A DNA stretch of 64,000 bases from an uncultured Gammaproteobacteria bacterium (GTDB lineage: Bacteria > Pseudomonadota > Gammaproteobacteria > Ga0077536), in contig CAIPNE010000714.1 of the NCBI GenBank assembly GCA_903866355.1, positions 64,825-128,824 of the forward strand, written 5' to 3'. This document shows positions 8,684 through 17,775 of this stretch, piece after piece. The stretch's first letter is position 1. The number at the start of each line of letters is the position of its first letter. The notes beneath the pieces are model-generated. The model worked only from the letters and a program-made list of their open reading frames with translations, made no database searches and was not told the origin of the DNA. The position numbers and the translations under genes are program-made.

Positions 8684-10822
8684 CTAGTAGGCGTACAGCC
8701 AGACTCGACCGGCTGCCCCGGCCCCACTGTTTGTTCCCCCCACCAATACACCGTCTCCACCTGACCCACCGCCGCCGGGGGCGTTTCCGTTACCTGAAGC
8801 CGTGGTCGAAGCGGCACCGCCGCTGTAGGTTCTGTTATTGAATGTGTAGTTTCCCGGCGAACCACCATTTCTGGTGACTGTGTAATAGAAATTAGCTGCA
8901 CCACCAGCCGCTACGGTAGATGGGCTGCTCAAAGTAGAGTTGCCACCGGCACCCGGCGCTGCGCCGAAGGCGATCCCTGCGGGCGCTCCAGCACCCACCA
9001 CCCCGCTAAGGGTGGTTACGGTCCAGCCGCCAGCAGGACGAGAAATAGTCACGCCCGACCAAGACCCCTGCTTGCCGCCGCCGCCGGTATTGAAGAAGGC
9101 ACCGCCCTGCCCACCAGCACCGCCGCCGCCGACCATGACTACGTCGATCTTGGTACACCACGTCGGGATTGTGTAGTTGTACGCACCTGCTGTTGAGTAG
9201 ATAGTCTCAGTTGGAATGTTGTAGTAGGCCGCGTTGGCTACCGAAGCGCTGCCGCCGGGGGTGGTGATGACCATGGACTTCCACCCCACAGTCATGGTCG
9301 GCCACGCCAGAGCCAGCGAGGTCGTGCTGTTTACATAGATCGTGGCTGATGTGCCTCCCACCGTTACCGTTGTCTGGCCGGGGACGAAGCCACTGCCGGT
9401 AATGGTGACTTGAGTTCCTGACGTGACCTGTGTTGCCGACGTGCCGCTATAGGTCGGTGCTGCGTAGTAGGTGAATACGTTAGATCCGGTGACCGACCCG
9501 ACAGAGTTAGTGATAACCAGGCTTTTTGCGCCTGCCGACGATATCGTGGGCACCTGAAAGCTCAACGAAGAAGTGCTGCTTATCGACAGCCCGATAACGG
9601 GAGCGCCGCCAAGCGTGACTGAAGTTCCGCTGATGAAGTTGCTTCCCGTAACGCTGATCGAATCCCCGGCCTTACCGCTGGGGGAAGAGATACCGGAGTA
9701 GGTCGGGGCCACAAGGGTGGTGAACACCCCGCCGCCGGTAACTGAACCCACCGGAGTGGTGATGACCACGTCTTTTGCCCCCGCAGAAAGCGAAGGAACC
9801 GTACAGGTCAGTGAGGTTCCCGATGCCACCGAAACATTCGTAGCGCTGACTCCACCGATAGTGACGGTGGTCGATCCGGATACGAAGTTGGTGCCGCCGA
9901 TAGTGACTGTTGCTCCTGACCCTGCGCTGGTTGGAGAAATTGCGGTGTAGGTCGGTGCCCCCAAATAGTTGAAGGTTCCGGTAACCGACCCTCCCTTGGT
10001 GGTGATGACGATATTTTTAGTGCCAGGGAGAAGGGTCGGAATTGTGCAGGTCAACGATGTATTGGAGTTGACAGTTACACCTACTGTTGCGCCGCCGATA
10101 GTAACTGTGGTGTCTCCCACCATGAAGTTTGTGCCGGTAACGGTGACAGCAGTTCCTGCGATGCCGGTATTGGGGGAAACGCTGGCGAAGGTCGGAACTC
10201 CGTAGTTGGTGAACACCCCGGTGCCCTTAACCGAAGATCCGGCAGTTGTGATGACAACGTCGAGGGTGACACTGCCGAATCCTTCAGGGATCTTGCACGT
10301 CAGCGATGTGCTTGATGAGACGCTGACGTTAGTAGCAGGCGGGAATCCGGTGACTCCGGTGACGCCGAAGGTCACAGCAGTATTCCCGACTACGAAGTTG
10401 GTTCCGGTGATCGTGACTGTAGTCCCGCCTCCACCGTTGATCGGAGAGATAGATGCATAGGTCGGGGATACGGCATAAGTGAATCCCCCCGTCAGCGTTG
10501 CTGTCCCTCCAGCACCGGCAACCACAACATCTTTTGTGCCGGAAGTGGTCAGGGTAGGTACCTTACACACAATTTGAGCGGTACCTAGCACAGATACATT
10601 TGTGGCCGCTACGCCGCCAATGCTGACCGTAGAGCCTGCTACGAAGTTGCTGCCGTTAATAGCAATATCAGTTCCGGCAGTTCCTGAGCTTGGCGAGATT
10701 GTCGTAATGGTCGGGGGTGTTGAGGCGCTATACGCCTGCGTGGTGCCGACATAAATAGCCTGGACCGGGGTTGACCCCAGGTAAATCCCTGCGGCGCTGC
10801 TGCCGCCCTGGTAGATAGGCAT
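8684..10822 (-). CDS. Tail protein with about 7 tandem IPT/TIG-like Ig-fold repeats and a C-terminal glycine-rich domain
   Basis: 712 aa. A roughly 85-aa repeat unit (ISPxSGxAGTxVTIxGTNFxxGxTxVTIGGVxATNVSVxSxTSLTCTVP...) recurs about 7 times. The C-terminus reads ...YNYTIPTWCTKIDVVMVGGGGAGGQGG...GRVWLYAY. It is coupled TAA-ATG to the upstream gene. Confidence 0.6.
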   Translation of the reverse strand: MPIYQGGSSAAGIYLGSTPVQAIYVGTTQAYSASTPPTITTISPSSGTAGTDIAINGSNFVAGSTVSIGGVAATNVSVLGTAQIVCKVPTLTTSGTKDVVVAGAGGTATLTGGFTYAVSPTYASISPINGGGGTTVTITGTNFVVGNTAVTFGVTGVTGFPPATNVSVSSSTSLTCKIPEGFGSVTLDVVITTAGSSVKGTGVFTNYGVPTFASVSPNTGIAGTAVTVTGTNFMVGDTTVTIGGATVGVTVNSNTSLTCTIPTLLPGTKNIVITTKGGSVTGTFNYLGAPTYTAISPTSAGSGATVTIGGTNFVSGSTTVTIGGVSATNVSVASGTSLTCTVPSLSAGAKDVVITTPVGSVTGGGVFTTLVAPTYSGISSPSGKAGDSISVTGSNFISGTSVTLGGAPVIGLSISSTSSLSFQVPTISSAGAKSLVITNSVGSVTGSNVFTYYAAPTYSGTSATQVTSGTQVTITGSGFVPGQTTVTVGGTSATIYVNSTTSLALAWPTMTVGWKSMVITTPGGSASVANAAYYNIPTETIYSTAGAYNYTIPTWCTKIDVVMVGGGGAGGQGGAFFNTGGGGKQGSWSGVTISRPAGGWTVTTLSGVVGAGAPAGIAFGAAPGAGGNSTLSSPSTVAAGGAANFYYTVTRNGGSPGNYTFNNRTYSGGAASTTASGNGNAPGGGGSGGDGVLVGGTNSGAGAAGRVWLYAY

Positions 10823-12646
10823 TTACGTCACAATGTAGACGGTCGTAGATGACTTGGTGCCGATTGCGGCATACTGTGCAGCGGTTCCTGTCCACAGCGT
10901 GAGCGTTGCGGCGGTTCCGGCGCTGCTACCCTGGACATATCCGGCAGGGATTGATTGCAATGCACTATTTGCCAAGCTCAGCGACTGCTGGACAGCAGAA
11001 GTTAAGTCGGTAGAGGGGATGCCGCTACCGGGCCGGGTATAGGTTCCAGCACCCAGCGAAGTGAGCGCCGCCGACGTGCTGGCGGCAGTCAGCAAAGCAC
11101 GCCCCGTAGCCGTCGAGTCGATAATCGTGCTGGCTGTCACCGACTGCAACGCAGTATCGGCCTTGCCCAGACTGGACTGAACTGCTGAGGCCAGATCAGT
11201 CAGGGGGATGCCCGTGGAGGGCTTGGAGTAGCTTCCGACACCCAATGTGCTTCGGGCTGCTGCGGCGTCAAGTGCCGTCAGCAGAGCCTTGCCGGTTGTC
11301 GTAGCGTCGGTGATGTTGCTGGATGCGACGGTCTGCAAAGCACTGTCGGCCTTATTCAGGCTTGTCTGGATGCCGGTCGCAAGGTCGCCAAAGGGGACAC
11401 CGCTGTTGGGCTTGGTGTAGGTTCCGGCACCCAGAGTGGTGCGTGCAGATCCGACATCGGCGGCAGTCAACAGAGAACGGCCAGTCACCGTCGAGTCAGT
11501 AATGGCTGCGGCGTTCACCGACTGCAACGCAGTAGCTGCGGCGGCAAGTGCGGTCTGCACAGCGCTGGTCATGTCATCGGAAGGGATGCCGTTGGACGGC
11601 CTGGAGTAGGTGCCGGTCCCGGCTCCGATAGCGGTGCGGGCGCTGGCCGAATCGACCGATGTCAAAAGTGCCCTGCCGACAACGGTCGAGTCCGTAATGT
11701 CGGATGCGGCGATGCTGGCGACATTTCCGGTGGTGGTCACGCCGATAAGGTTTCGGGCGGTAGCTGAATCGACAGCGGTCAGCAGGCTTCTTCCGACTGA
11801 TGTTGAGTCGCTGATGCTCGTTGCGGTTGGAGCGTAGTTGCCCGCCAGGGCGGTGGACGATGTTGTCCCCAGCGTCAGATTGGAGGTTCCGGCACCAATA
11901 ACGGCGCGGGCGGCTGCTGCTGACGCAGAAGTTATTAGACCTCGCCCCACCGATGTCGAGTCGCTGATACTGACAGAGGAAGGCGCATAGTTTCCTGCTA
12001 GAGCAGTGGTCGAGGTAGTGCCCAGCGCCAGATCGGATGTACCTGCGCCGATAGCGGTGCGGGCTGCCGCCGCCGTAGCTGCCGTCAGAACGGACCTGCC
12101 GGTTGCGGTGGAGTCAGAGATTCCCGCCGCGCTGACCGATTGCAGTGCGCTGTTGGCGGCAGCCAACGAGGTCTGTACCGCCGTGGTGAAGTCCGTAGAG
12201 GGGATTCCTCCGGAGGGCTTGGAGTAAGTGCCTGCACCCAGTGCTGTGCGGCCCGCAGCCGCGTCTACAGCCACCAAGACGCCCTTGCCTACCGTGGTGG
12301 CCCCAATGGCGTCCTGGGCGGCGCTGGTAGTGGCAGCCTTTAGGACAGCCCTGCCGACCGCCGTGGAGTCCACGATGTCGGTGGCGTTGATCGACGTACC
12401 CGTACCGATGCCCAGGACGGTGCGGGCGTCCTCAATCGTAAGGGCAGTCAGCAGCGAAACACCGACCGAAGAGGCATCCCCCAGGTTGGCGGCACTAATG
12501 CCGTACGGAAGGTTCTGCCAGTTGGTCAGGCCGTCGCCGTACTTGAACTTGCGGGTGTCGGTTTCGTACCCCATTTCTCCGACAGCAAGGATTGGGTCGG
12601 CAGACACCCACTGGTCTGAAGTTCCCCGGCGGGGTTGGATCAGCAT
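10823..12646 (-). CDS. Tail fibre protein built from about 12 tandem repeats of roughly 37 aa (phage tail-fibre-repeat-like)
   Basis: 607 aa. The motif I(T/S)DST(A/V)xGRxLLTAxDxAxARxAIGAGT recurs throughout. The N-terminus is MLIQPRRGTSDQWVSADPILAVGEMGYETDTRKFKYGDG. Confidence 0.6.
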   Translation of the reverse strand: MLIQPRRGTSDQWVSADPILAVGEMGYETDTRKFKYGDGLTNWQNLPYGISAANLGDASSVGVSLLTALTIEDARTVLGIGTGTSINATDIVDSTAVGRAVLKAATTSAAQDAIGATTVGKGVLVAVDAAAGRTALGAGTYSKPSGGIPSTDFTTAVQTSLAAANSALQSVSAAGISDSTATGRSVLTAATAAAARTAIGAGTSDLALGTTSTTALAGNYAPSSVSISDSTSVGRGLITSASAAAARAVIGAGTSNLTLGTTSSTALAGNYAPTATSISDSTSVGRSLLTAVDSATARNLIGVTTTGNVASIAASDITDSTVVGRALLTSVDSASARTAIGAGTGTYSRPSNGIPSDDMTSAVQTALAAAATALQSVNAAAITDSTVTGRSLLTAADVGSARTTLGAGTYTKPNSGVPFGDLATGIQTSLNKADSALQTVASSNITDATTTGKALLTALDAAAARSTLGVGSYSKPSTGIPLTDLASAVQSSLGKADTALQSVTASTIIDSTATGRALLTAASTSAALTSLGAGTYTRPGSGIPSTDLTSAVQQSLSLANSALQSIPAGYVQGSSAGTAATLTLWTGTAAQYAAIGTKSSTTVYIVT

Positions 12647-12662
12647 GTCAGTTCATTCCTTC

Positions 12663-13355
12663 TCATGGCGTACCACCCGTGACAAATATGTCTCCTGCAC
12701 TTTCTGGTGTGCCACCGTCCAAATCTGCTCCCAGGCCGGGGCCGGAAACCGATCCACCACTGACAATCGGGTCGTCATTCGGGGTCGTGGCGGTGCCGCC
12801 GCTGATACCGGAACCGGCCACCGAAAGCCCAAGAATGGACAGGACGGTGTTGACATCCGGCGCGGTCAGCAGGAGCCTCCCCAGCACGGTGGAGTCGGTG
12901 ATGTTGTTCGACGGCATGGTTGACGGCGCTGATGAAATTGAGGTCCAGGTGCCGTTTGCTTCCTGCCGCTGAAGCGTGCCCCCGTTGTCGCGGTAAGCCA
13001 CACCGTTGAGGGTCATGGTTTCGGCATTGATGTTGACCACCGACCCATTGATTTCGGTCGGTCCCCCCGCACCGATCTGCGTCTGTCCCTGCGTCGGAGA
13101 GATAAGCTCCCCGGCTGTCTGATAGGGAATACGGGCATGCAGCCGCCACTCTCCGCGATGCCGGGAGACATACCATTGCTCGCCCACTGCCGGGACAGAC
13201 ATCACCGACCCGACGTAATACCGGGTATTGATCCAGACTTCTGTCCCCTGCCGGGTGCGTCCGCAGGCTTTGTAGCTGGAAACATCAACCGACGTGATCG
13301 CCACGGCGTGAATGTTGACATCGTTGGGGCTTTGAGTGGTGTATCCGTTTATCAT
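12663..13355 (-). CDS. Baseplate spike / fibre-anchoring protein (tentative)
   Basis: 230 aa. It is ATGA-coupled to the hub-lysin gene. The C-terminal region contains one copy of the fibre repeat (ITDSTVLGRLLLTAPDVNTV) and a glycine-rich tail. The N-terminal half has spike-like beta-rich composition. Confidence 0.4.
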   Translation of the reverse strand: MINGYTTQSPNDVNIHAVAITSVDVSSYKACGRTRQGTEVWINTRYYVGSVMSVPAVGEQWYVSRHRGEWRLHARIPYQTAGELISPTQGQTQIGAGGPTEINGSVVNINAETMTLNGVAYRDNGGTLQRQEANGTWTSISSAPSTMPSNNITDSTVLGRLLLTAPDVNTVLSILGLSVAGSGISGGTATTPNDDPIVSGGSVSGPGLGADLDGGTPESAGDIFVTGGTP

Positions 13356-16189
13356 TCTGGCGACACCACCGTGGGATACGTCGTCGGTTCTGGCAGCAGG
13401 TCGTAGCTTCCGAAGTTGTCGGACGGCCAGCGCCAGTTGGTCAGTGAGTTCTCGTTCAAAATGGTCTGTGCCGCCGCCGGATCGGTCGGGGAGGACAGGA
13501 CGGCTCGCGTCGAGAATCCTTGCTCATAGTCGAATGAATGTTCGACAGCAGAGCAGTACATCTGAAGATTGTGCTTGCGCAGCAGCACCCTCATGCCGGG
13601 ATACAGTTCGGGCATAAATGTGAAGGAGACGTTGGCCCGGTACATAGACGAGAACTTCCCCATGAACAACTGGGTCGCCAGCAGAAACTCCATGGCCGGG
13701 TTGCTGACCATCGTGTAAGTCTGCTTAAAGGGTCGCACGCCAAACTTTCGGATAATCTCCCTGCCGGTCATCCCCTGCATGTCGCCAGGAGCCACCTTGC
13801 GAAGCTGATTGAATAGCGGTTCATTCTCCATCGTGGCTACACCGGCTGACATGATCCAGCCTGTCAGCCCACGATCCTGACCAAAGCCCACATAGTCACC
13901 ATCTACATAAACGTGAGTGGTTAGCGGATCGTCGGACAGGTCAATCCGGAAGTCTTTGATTTCGATGTCCTCCAAAGACAGAATGGCGGGCTTGCCATAC
14001 AGGCCAAACTCGTCGGGCGTGTACGCCATGAAGTCGCCGTTCGGGGCGCTCTGGAAGTTGCGCAGGCTGGCACGGCAGAGTGCCTGCACCATCTGTATCA
14101 GCGGCTGACCGTCGATGAACTGCTTCTCGCCAGGAAGCAACTGGGAGATACTGGTTGACCACGTTCCTGGCCGGAACTGGAAGGAGAACAGATTTCGGGC
14201 GATGGGTTCGGTGATTTCTCCCATAGCGCCTCCACCGCCTCGCTGCCCGGTTCCTGCTGGCAAGCCACGGGGAAGTCCCATGATGGGCGGGGTGTACGGA
14301 GCGCTGAGGTCGGGTCCACCATTCGGACAGGCACGGCGTGCCGTCATTGTGGACAGCGGCTCAGGTATCGGCTCAATCTGGCCGGGTGAGCCTTCTGGCC
14401 CTCCGGTGTTGATCCACATTCCCGCACCCAGGTAGATCCCGACATGGTCGTACATTGACGTGAATAGCAGATCGCCACGCTGAGCGGCGGTAGAGGGGAT
14501 TACTGCTGGCAATGCACTCTGGCCTGACGTTCCGTCTCCGATATCGACGTTGATGCACCGGAACGCCCAGTTGGTCAAACCGGAGCAGTCCAGTCCGACG
14601 CCGGGGGTTTTCCCGCCATACTCGTAAGGAGTCTGATACATCAACAGCGCAGCGTTAATCGCGCCTTCGGAGTCGGGTACCGGCTTACCTGCACGGGTGT
14701 TGGCTAGGGCTGGTCCCGACCCTGTGCCGGTTGATGCCAGCGTGCTGTAGTTGCTCACCGCCGAATTGATGGAACTGGTGACCGTACTGGTTACTGAGCT
14801 AGCCAGGGGGATTGTGTTAATGATCGCCCAGGATGCCAGCGCCGTACCTTCCTGCTGAGCTTTCCGGTAGGCGAGAACAATGCCTTTGGCTGCTTCAAAT
14901 GCCGCGCCGTACAGTTCAGGGGTGGCCCCTACTTGAACTTTGTAGATCGCTGAGCCGGGAGCCATGTTGCGCCAGTTAAACTGCCCCAGCTTGTCGTAGA
15001 ACATTCCCGCCGCCGCATACGGATTCATCCGCTGGGCCACAATGCCCCATCCGGCTCGCTGCTGGAAGAGGCCGACAGAGTCGAGGTTCGGGTTCGGGGG
15101 GAATCCATCGTTGGGGAAGGTCGCTGATTCTTTTACGGTCGGATTGGCAAAGTTCTTCCAGGTGCCGCCGGTTTCTACCAGAATGCAGGCCACTGCCAGG
15201 GCAGCAGCATCTGACTGATCTTCCTGCACGCCCTGAGCAATACCTAAGTTACCGATCTGTTGCCATGAAGCCTGGTCGCTACTGCCGACCGATGCCTGCG
15301 CTGCACCGGCTTCACCGGCAGCCTTGAGGGCATTGGCTTGCTGAATGTTGGTGGTCGTCGGACCCATGCCACGGGCATCGCATGCGGCGATGATGTACGG
15401 GAGATAGGCGACCTGACCCGTTCCTCCGATTCCGGCACCGGGTGGAGGCCATGCACCCAGCGGAGCGGATGCGTTGTATCCCGCTGCCGACCGCTGAGGG
15501 AAAGAGTGGTCGGGGCCTAGCATCATGGTGTAGAACGAATCTTCTGCTGCCCGGTATCCCGGCATGTTGCGGTCCAGGTATTCCTTGACGAACGGGAAGA
15601 AGGCCATGGGGAAGTTCTGGATGTGAAGCTGGTTAGGGTTCCAGTTGCCGACGCGGATCATAATTTCGCGCAGCATGCCGCCAATGCCAGAGTCAATCGG
15701 GAACTGGCCGTCCCCGCCGACCATAGAGTTGAAGCCATACTGACTCATTAGCGCCTGGTTTTGCGGCGTGGCCGGGTTCCACCAAGTGTGCAGTAGCTTT
15801 TTGAGCGTGCAGGTTGCGCGGAACTCTGCAATGCCAGGGTGTAGCTGGCGATAAGGGATCTCATCTAAGAATCCGGTGAAGACCTGGATCATCCGTGTGC
15901 GCTTTAGGTAAAGGGTCACTACGTCCATGCGACTGAAAGCGAACGGCTCCCCGGCGTTGTATCGGGGCTGCCCGCCGGGGACCAGTGGCTTATTGGCAAG
16001 GGCAAAGGACAGCGTAGAAGCGGAGTTCTCTTTGCGAGAGACAGCGCCACGGATGAGGTCTGCCGATACGTCATAAAGGACGTTTTTGTGAGTAATGAAA
16101 ATCTTGGCCTCCGGTGAGTACACCAGAGTTTTCATTTCGTTAGGGGCGTAGGGGTTAAGCTGCGGCCCCGAATCGGGGTAAGTCACCAA
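13352..16189 (-). CDS. Baseplate hub / tail-associated lysin with lysozyme-(SLT/GH23)-like and NlpC/P60 peptidase domains
   Basis: 945 aa. One region reads ...GVGLDCSGLTNWAFRCINVDIGDGTSGQ...RGDLLFTSMYDHVGIYLGAGMWINTG, which is the NlpC/P60 Cys...His signature. Another reads ...ACILVETGGTWKNFANPTVKESATFPNDGFPPNPNLDSVGLFQQRAGWG, which is like the SLT motif E...GLFQ. It lies directly downstream of the tape-measure and small distal-tail genes. Confidence 0.7.
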   Translation of the reverse strand: MVTYPDSGPQLNPYAPNEMKTLVYSPEAKIFITHKNVLYDVSADLIRGAVSRKENSASTLSFALANKPLVPGGQPRYNAGEPFAFSRMDVVTLYLKRTRMIQVFTGFLDEIPYRQLHPGIAEFRATCTLKKLLHTWWNPATPQNQALMSQYGFNSMVGGDGQFPIDSGIGGMLREIMIRVGNWNPNQLHIQNFPMAFFPFVKEYLDRNMPGYRAAEDSFYTMMLGPDHSFPQRSAAGYNASAPLGAWPPPGAGIGGTGQVAYLPYIIAACDARGMGPTTTNIQQANALKAAGEAGAAQASVGSSDQASWQQIGNLGIAQGVQEDQSDAAALAVACILVETGGTWKNFANPTVKESATFPNDGFPPNPNLDSVGLFQQRAGWGIVAQRMNPYAAAGMFYDKLGQFNWRNMAPGSAIYKVQVGATPELYGAAFEAAKGIVLAYRKAQQEGTALASWAIINTIPLASSVTSTVTSSINSAVSNYSTLASTGTGSGPALANTRAGKPVPDSEGAINAALLMYQTPYEYGGKTPGVGLDCSGLTNWAFRCINVDIGDGTSGQSALPAVIPSTAAQRGDLLFTSMYDHVGIYLGAGMWINTGGPEGSPGQIEPIPEPLSTMTARRACPNGGPDLSAPYTPPIMGLPRGLPAGTGQRGGGGAMGEITEPIARNLFSFQFRPGTWSTSISQLLPGEKQFIDGQPLIQMVQALCRASLRNFQSAPNGDFMAYTPDEFGLYGKPAILSLEDIEIKDFRIDLSDDPLTTHVYVDGDYVGFGQDRGLTGWIMSAGVATMENEPLFNQLRKVAPGDMQGMTGREIIRKFGVRPFKQTYTMVSNPAMEFLLATQLFMGKFSSMYRANVSFTFMPELYPGMRVLLRKHNLQMYCSAVEHSFDYEQGFSTRAVLSSPTDPAAAQTILNENSLTNWRWPSDNFGSYDLLPEPTTYPTVVSPE

Positions 16190-16809
16190 CTACCACCTCC
16201 CCCGCCGCCGCCGCCCAAGCCCCCGCCGCCGCCGTCCGAAGGCGGGGTGACCGGGCTGGGCTGGATCGGAAAGGATGGGGTTTCGGTGGGTGTGTCGTCA
16301 ACCGGAGTCGGCGGCTGAATTAGCACGTCGGCCAATCCGCTGCCGTCCAGCACGCCGCCTGCGGTGTTCTTGCCCCAGATTTCTTCGATGTTTGATGACA
16401 AAGAGGCCAGGTTGGTTCGGGAACTGACCATAGAGTCCACTAGGTCGATGGTGAACTTTGCTCTGGGCATGAAGTTGGACCTGACACCGCCCGCCCTGAA
16501 TGCCTTGATAATCCCCGTCCAGTTATAGATGGAGCGCTGCGGCCACCACAGCGTGAGAATCGGAGAGATAGCGTTGTTTTGGGCGTCGATCTGGACGTTA
16601 CGCACCCACAACTGAAAGTCCTCGTAGTTGTTCTCGTTTCGGAAAACAACCTCAACTTCCAGTTCGGGCTGGAGCGCCTTGATCGGGAAGTGGTGGACTA
16701 GCGTTCGGGTTTGGGCCGAATCAATCATTCCCGTGATGGGGGAGGAGAACGAGGTTACGTTAAGGTATCTCGTTCCCCACCTTGTGCTGTACAGCCGAAG
16801 CTGACTCAT
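16183..16809 (-). CDS. Hypothetical distal-tail/baseplate protein with a poly-Gly C-terminus
   Basis: The track ORF spans 16183..16899. I prefer the internal ATG at 16807-16809, which makes an ATGA overlap with the upstream stop and has AGGA 7 nt upstream. This gives 209 aa ending ...PPSDGGGGGLGGGGGGGGSW. Confidence 0.45.
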   Translation of the reverse strand: MSQLRLYSTRWGTRYLNVTSFSSPITGMIDSAQTRTLVHHFPIKALQPELEVEVVFRNENNYEDFQLWVRNVQIDAQNNAISPILTLWWPQRSIYNWTGIIKAFRAGGVRSNFMPRAKFTIDLVDSMVSSRTNLASLSSNIEEIWGKNTAGGVLDGSGLADVLIQPPTPVDDTPTETPSFPIQPSPVTPPSDGGGGGLGGGGGGGGSW

Positions 16810-16985
16810 CAATAGTCCTGCGGAGATATGCCGATGGGGAGCTTGATCGGCTCTTCTCGTTCCGGCGCGTTGAACACCATCCCGTACTGGTAGCTCCACC
16901 CAATGCCATTGAGGTCCACGTCGGGCTTAGCGAAGGCGTGCCATATCGGACCAGAGATTGGTGTGTTGCTCATGTAGCTTGCCAC
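16809..16985 (-). CDS. Small hypothetical protein
   Basis: The track ORF spans 16809..17063. The likely start is the GTG at 16983-16985, with GAGAGAGGA upstream and positioned after the stop of the 256-aa gene at 17005. That gives about 58 aa. Confidence 0.3.
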   Translation of the reverse strand: MASYMSNTPISGPIWHAFAKPDVDLNGIGWSYQYGMVFNAPEREEPIKLPIGISPQDY

Positions 16986-17004
16986 AGTTATGTCCTCTCT
17001 CTCT

Positions 17005-17775
17005 TTATTGCATGGTGGGGATCGTGAACAGATTGAACTGCGGCGATACCGTGCCGAAAGCATTGACGATTCCGGAACCCAACGCGCCGCCGGTCACGCT
17101 GGGAGGGGAAGCAATTGTTGGGATGTTCAGTGAGGCCGCTGCCGATGCGGGGATGCCGCTGATTTTGGAGCCGATGTTCCCCACTATCGGAAGCGAACCT
17201 CCCTTAAATGTTTCTGAGTTTCCGATAAGACCTTCGTCATTGTTCGGGGCGTAGAAGAAATCGTTGTATTCGTTGCGCTCCCAGCCGATGCCGTTGATGA
17301 AGGATTGCAGCGCAGTGCTGATGGTCGTGGAGGACACGATGCCGGAAATGTCCTCCTGCACCTTGAAGTTCAAGGTCAGTTCACGGGTGGTGGAGTTGAC
17401 TTGATCGGCAAAGGGGAAGCTGGCGGCATAGACCTTTAGCTTCCAGTTGCGGGTGGTGTACTCAAAGACAGCGGTCTGGCCGTTGCGCTGGGCCACCATG
17501 AGGTCGCGCATAAAGGCCACTACCTTGATGAGATAGGGCCAGCCTCCCTGACCGCAGTCCACCTTGACGGTGAGGTCGTCAATCCTGGTCCCCAGGATCT
17601 GCACTACCCGGCCACCATAGGTTTGGTCTGTTTTGGTGATGAGGCTGTAGTTCCAGGTGACCTCGTTTGGGTTTGTCCGGAAGCGCAGGACGTGACTACC
17701 CCAGGTAAGTGAGGCGATTCCCCGCTGCGGATTAAACGACGAGTTTGATTGCTGCTGGATATTGGGGGCGGTCAT
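17005..17775 (-). CDS. Distal tail / baseplate-initiator protein (tentative)
   Basis: The track ORF starts at 17787 (TTG). I prefer the ATG at 17773-17775, which overlaps the tape-measure stop as ATGA. 256 aa. It sits immediately after the tape-measure gene. Confidence 0.45.
   Translation of the reverse strand: MTAPNIQQQSNSSFNPQRGIASLTWGSHVLRFRTNPNEVTWNYSLITKTDQTYGGRVVQILGTRIDDLTVKVDCGQGGWPYLIKVVAFMRDLMVAQRNGQTAVFEYTTRNWKLKVYAASFPFADQVNSTTRELTLNFKVQEDISGIVSSTTISTALQSFINGIGWERNEYNDFFYAPNNDEGLIGNSETFKGGSLPIVGNIGSKISGIPASAAASLNIPTIASPPSVTGGALGSGIVNAFGTVSPQFNLFTIPTMQ

Noticed and set aside
10823-12646. CRISPR-like arrays from repeated DNA (10.8-12.6 kb, 29.6-29.9 kb, 38.4-39.1 kb)
   Set aside because: The repeats are in-frame protein repeats (fibre repeat, collagen-like triplets, domain duplication). 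There are no unique spacers of uniform length.
16183-16899. Track start codons at 16899, 17063, 17787, 35059, 39864, 62536 and 63933
   Set aside because: Each would overlap the upstream gene by 60-110 nt or lacks an RBS. Internal starts with ATGA coupling or a clear Shine-Dalgarno sequence were preferred, as given in the features.
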